A stretch of 49,339 bases of DNA, filler included, from Dimargaris cristalligena (taxonomy: Eukaryota): NCBI GenBank assembly GCA_003614675.1. It is 2 parts of 2 records of this genome, joined end to end, with 100 filler letters (N's around TTAATTAATTAA, not from the genome) between each part and the next. Parts side by side here need not be neighbours in the genome. Positions count along the whole stretch, not along the records: positions 24,737 to 49,339 come from ML002583.1; 1 more part is not named here. One strand, given 5' to 3'. Of the stretch, positions 47,401-49,339 are shown piece by piece (position 1 is the first letter of the stretch; each line of letters begins with the position of its first letter). Below the pieces are notes generated by a model, which saw nothing but the letters and a program-made list of their open reading frames with translations, was not told the DNA's origin and did not search any database. The position numbers were made by a program, and so were the translations under genes.

Positions 47401-49339
47401 ACTGATTACATAGTCCCAAAAAACCCTCGAAGGCCCGCCTATCAACCATCCTCACTCACTTATCCACAAAACAGGTCGCCACTTTTCGGGAGACAGTGAT
47501 TAATATAGCCAACTTGGCCGAGGATGGGTCGGCCATCGTAAACTATACCGTTTTTGGCGTCATGCGAATCAGTAAATGGTCGGGTAAGGGGAGAGGGAGG
47601 GATTTTCAAGGACACCGATTCAAATCATTGATTGACCTAGCGCTACTCCATTAGTATCCCTCGCTGATCAGGGCTCCAACGGAGCCACTCCACTGAACTC
47701 AGTGGGTCCGATGGTCTTTGATTTAAAATTACTGTCTACAAAGCATATTATACACTGGTAAAAAGGGGTGTCCCACAGTGCCCATCGTTCGCCGAATACA
47801 GAGAGTATTCACCATTTTAATGGAACACCCTATCGGTAATCATGATCATCTCAGTACTCATGTATAGGTCGCTACAACCGGCCCGCCGCATCTTCGAGAG
47901 TCCAAAAAGTCCAATAGTAGATTGGGGTTATGTATAAGGAGAGTCACCAGTATGATAAGACCAAGTAGCCCCCATTCGAGGGCCAAGTCCCACGCATTTT
48001 CGATGGCATAGTTTAGAGGCATTGTCTTCGTTTCTTGGGTCTTTAGTAGTAGTACCTATAGTTTCCTACTAAGTAATGTATATAATATTGGAATCAAATG
48101 GCTGTGGTAAGAGTGTTGAGCAGAGACCACTTGGATGGTTCATATCCGCTGCCTTTTAAGAACAGTTGATTCATTCCTGGAAATTGAGAGAGTCGCCAAT
48201 CAACCACTGGTATGAGGGGGAGGGGTATCTCCAAGCTATACGCTGATCCGTGTAGGGAGGGGAACGAACCGGACTGGTCAATGGTTGTACCTTGGCGAAA
48301 TAATAATCATAATCAATTAGGTCACCGGGGAATGACGTAGTGCCAGTTAATCGTTTGTGACGTGCAAATGGGAAGGCTGAGTATACAGGTCAATTTATGG
48401 GTGGATGGCCGTATGTCTACGTCGAAGGAAGGGGTGAGTAAAACAGGCAAGGGAAAGATAAGAATGGATGGATGGATAGGGTATCTATTGAGGAGTATAC
48501 CGGGTTGATTTTGGCAGGGAATCCGCACGTTGTAAGAGACGATAGTCGCCATGGATTGACTAAGCTCAACCGGAGCCTTTTCCCATTTAAGGCGAGATTC
48601 GGCTCTTCCGTTGAATTCGGCCGACAACGGATACTGCGGAGAACTCGGCTCATCAGGCAAATTTTGCACTGTCATCTCTAGAAAGAGCGAATTGCGCAGC
48701 ATCTTTTTCGGAATTTACAAAGGAGGTGGCTAACATGTAGGTGCGTAGAGTCATTCGGGAGTTTTCCGGTTGGTGCGGGAATCCTGCTTTTTTTTTGTAA
48801 TAGTGCCTTATCCATGGCGACGATCGCCGAGGGAGCGCTAGTTCTGAATCAAGTGTGGTGTGCATTTTTTTTAAAATTTTTACCTCATGTGGGGTTCTCT
48901 TCATATTCTCTCTATATTAATTACGGCAAATTTCTACTAAACAGTATTATGCGACACGGATAGGGCTCTTAAAGGGACTAATTATACCATGGATCAGCGG
49001 GGATCATGTTGACAGCTGACTGGAATATCTCGGCTTCGCTGTCACATGAAACCGAACGGTGGAGATCAGGGCGTTCTATAGTCTCTGAATTCAGGCACGC
49101 CAGTTTCGCTGGCTCAGCCATACATTGAAATCATGGATCTGATTTAACCCCCTGAGCCAAAGGCACGCATTGGCGAATCCGCAAAGGGTTTATCCAAATC
49201 AACACTTGCCTAAAATTTGACTGATTTCCGCAAAATGTAAATAATGCATAGCGTTGGAAACCCGTTTACGCTTTAGTAAATGTAAATATCCGACCGTCTA
49301 GGAACTACCCAATATGACCACATTTGGGAAATTGTCTAC

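Noticed and set aside
48322-48904. Overlapping 126-aa and 83-aa minus-strand ORFs, possible frameshifted pseudogene
   Set aside because: No recognisable motif, codon bias or splice signals linking them; insufficient support.

Overview
Eukaryotic (fungal) genomic DNA with short GT-AG introns. The gene set and the bacterial-type secreted CAP protein suggest an early-diverging fungus, but this is inference and the taxon cannot be fixed from the window. A 100-bp artificial spacer (44 N + TTAATTAATTAA + 44 N, 24637-24736) joins two pieces whose adjacency is unproven. Nine protein-coding genes were reconstructed by hand, with splice phases checked: a secreted CAP/SCP protein, an orphan S/P/R-rich protein, an 8-exon kinesin-7 (Kip2/KipA/CENP-E-like), the 5-exon proteasome chaperone NAS2/PSMD9, a SulP/SLC26-STAS transporter, ERG6, the mitochondrial carrier MTM1/SLC25A39-40, mitochondrial QRI7/OSGEPL1, and a HAL/Npr-type Ser/Thr kinase. 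There is also a dispersed 5S rRNA gene. The most striking unexplained structure is a perfect 159-bp inverted repeat enclosing exon 1 of NAS2. One arm starts exactly at the intron-1 GT donor and the other ends 17 nt upstream of the ATG, so the mRNA leader is antisense to its own 5' splice site. Also notable: a CpG-depleted, transition-riddled inverted duplication at 1-1245, G>A-type lesions in 5S helix II, a Cys-bearing long loop in MTM1, and a canonical SRE-1 upstream of ERG6. About 17 kb (31.2-38.4 kb and 39.7-49.3 kb) has no supportable gene.
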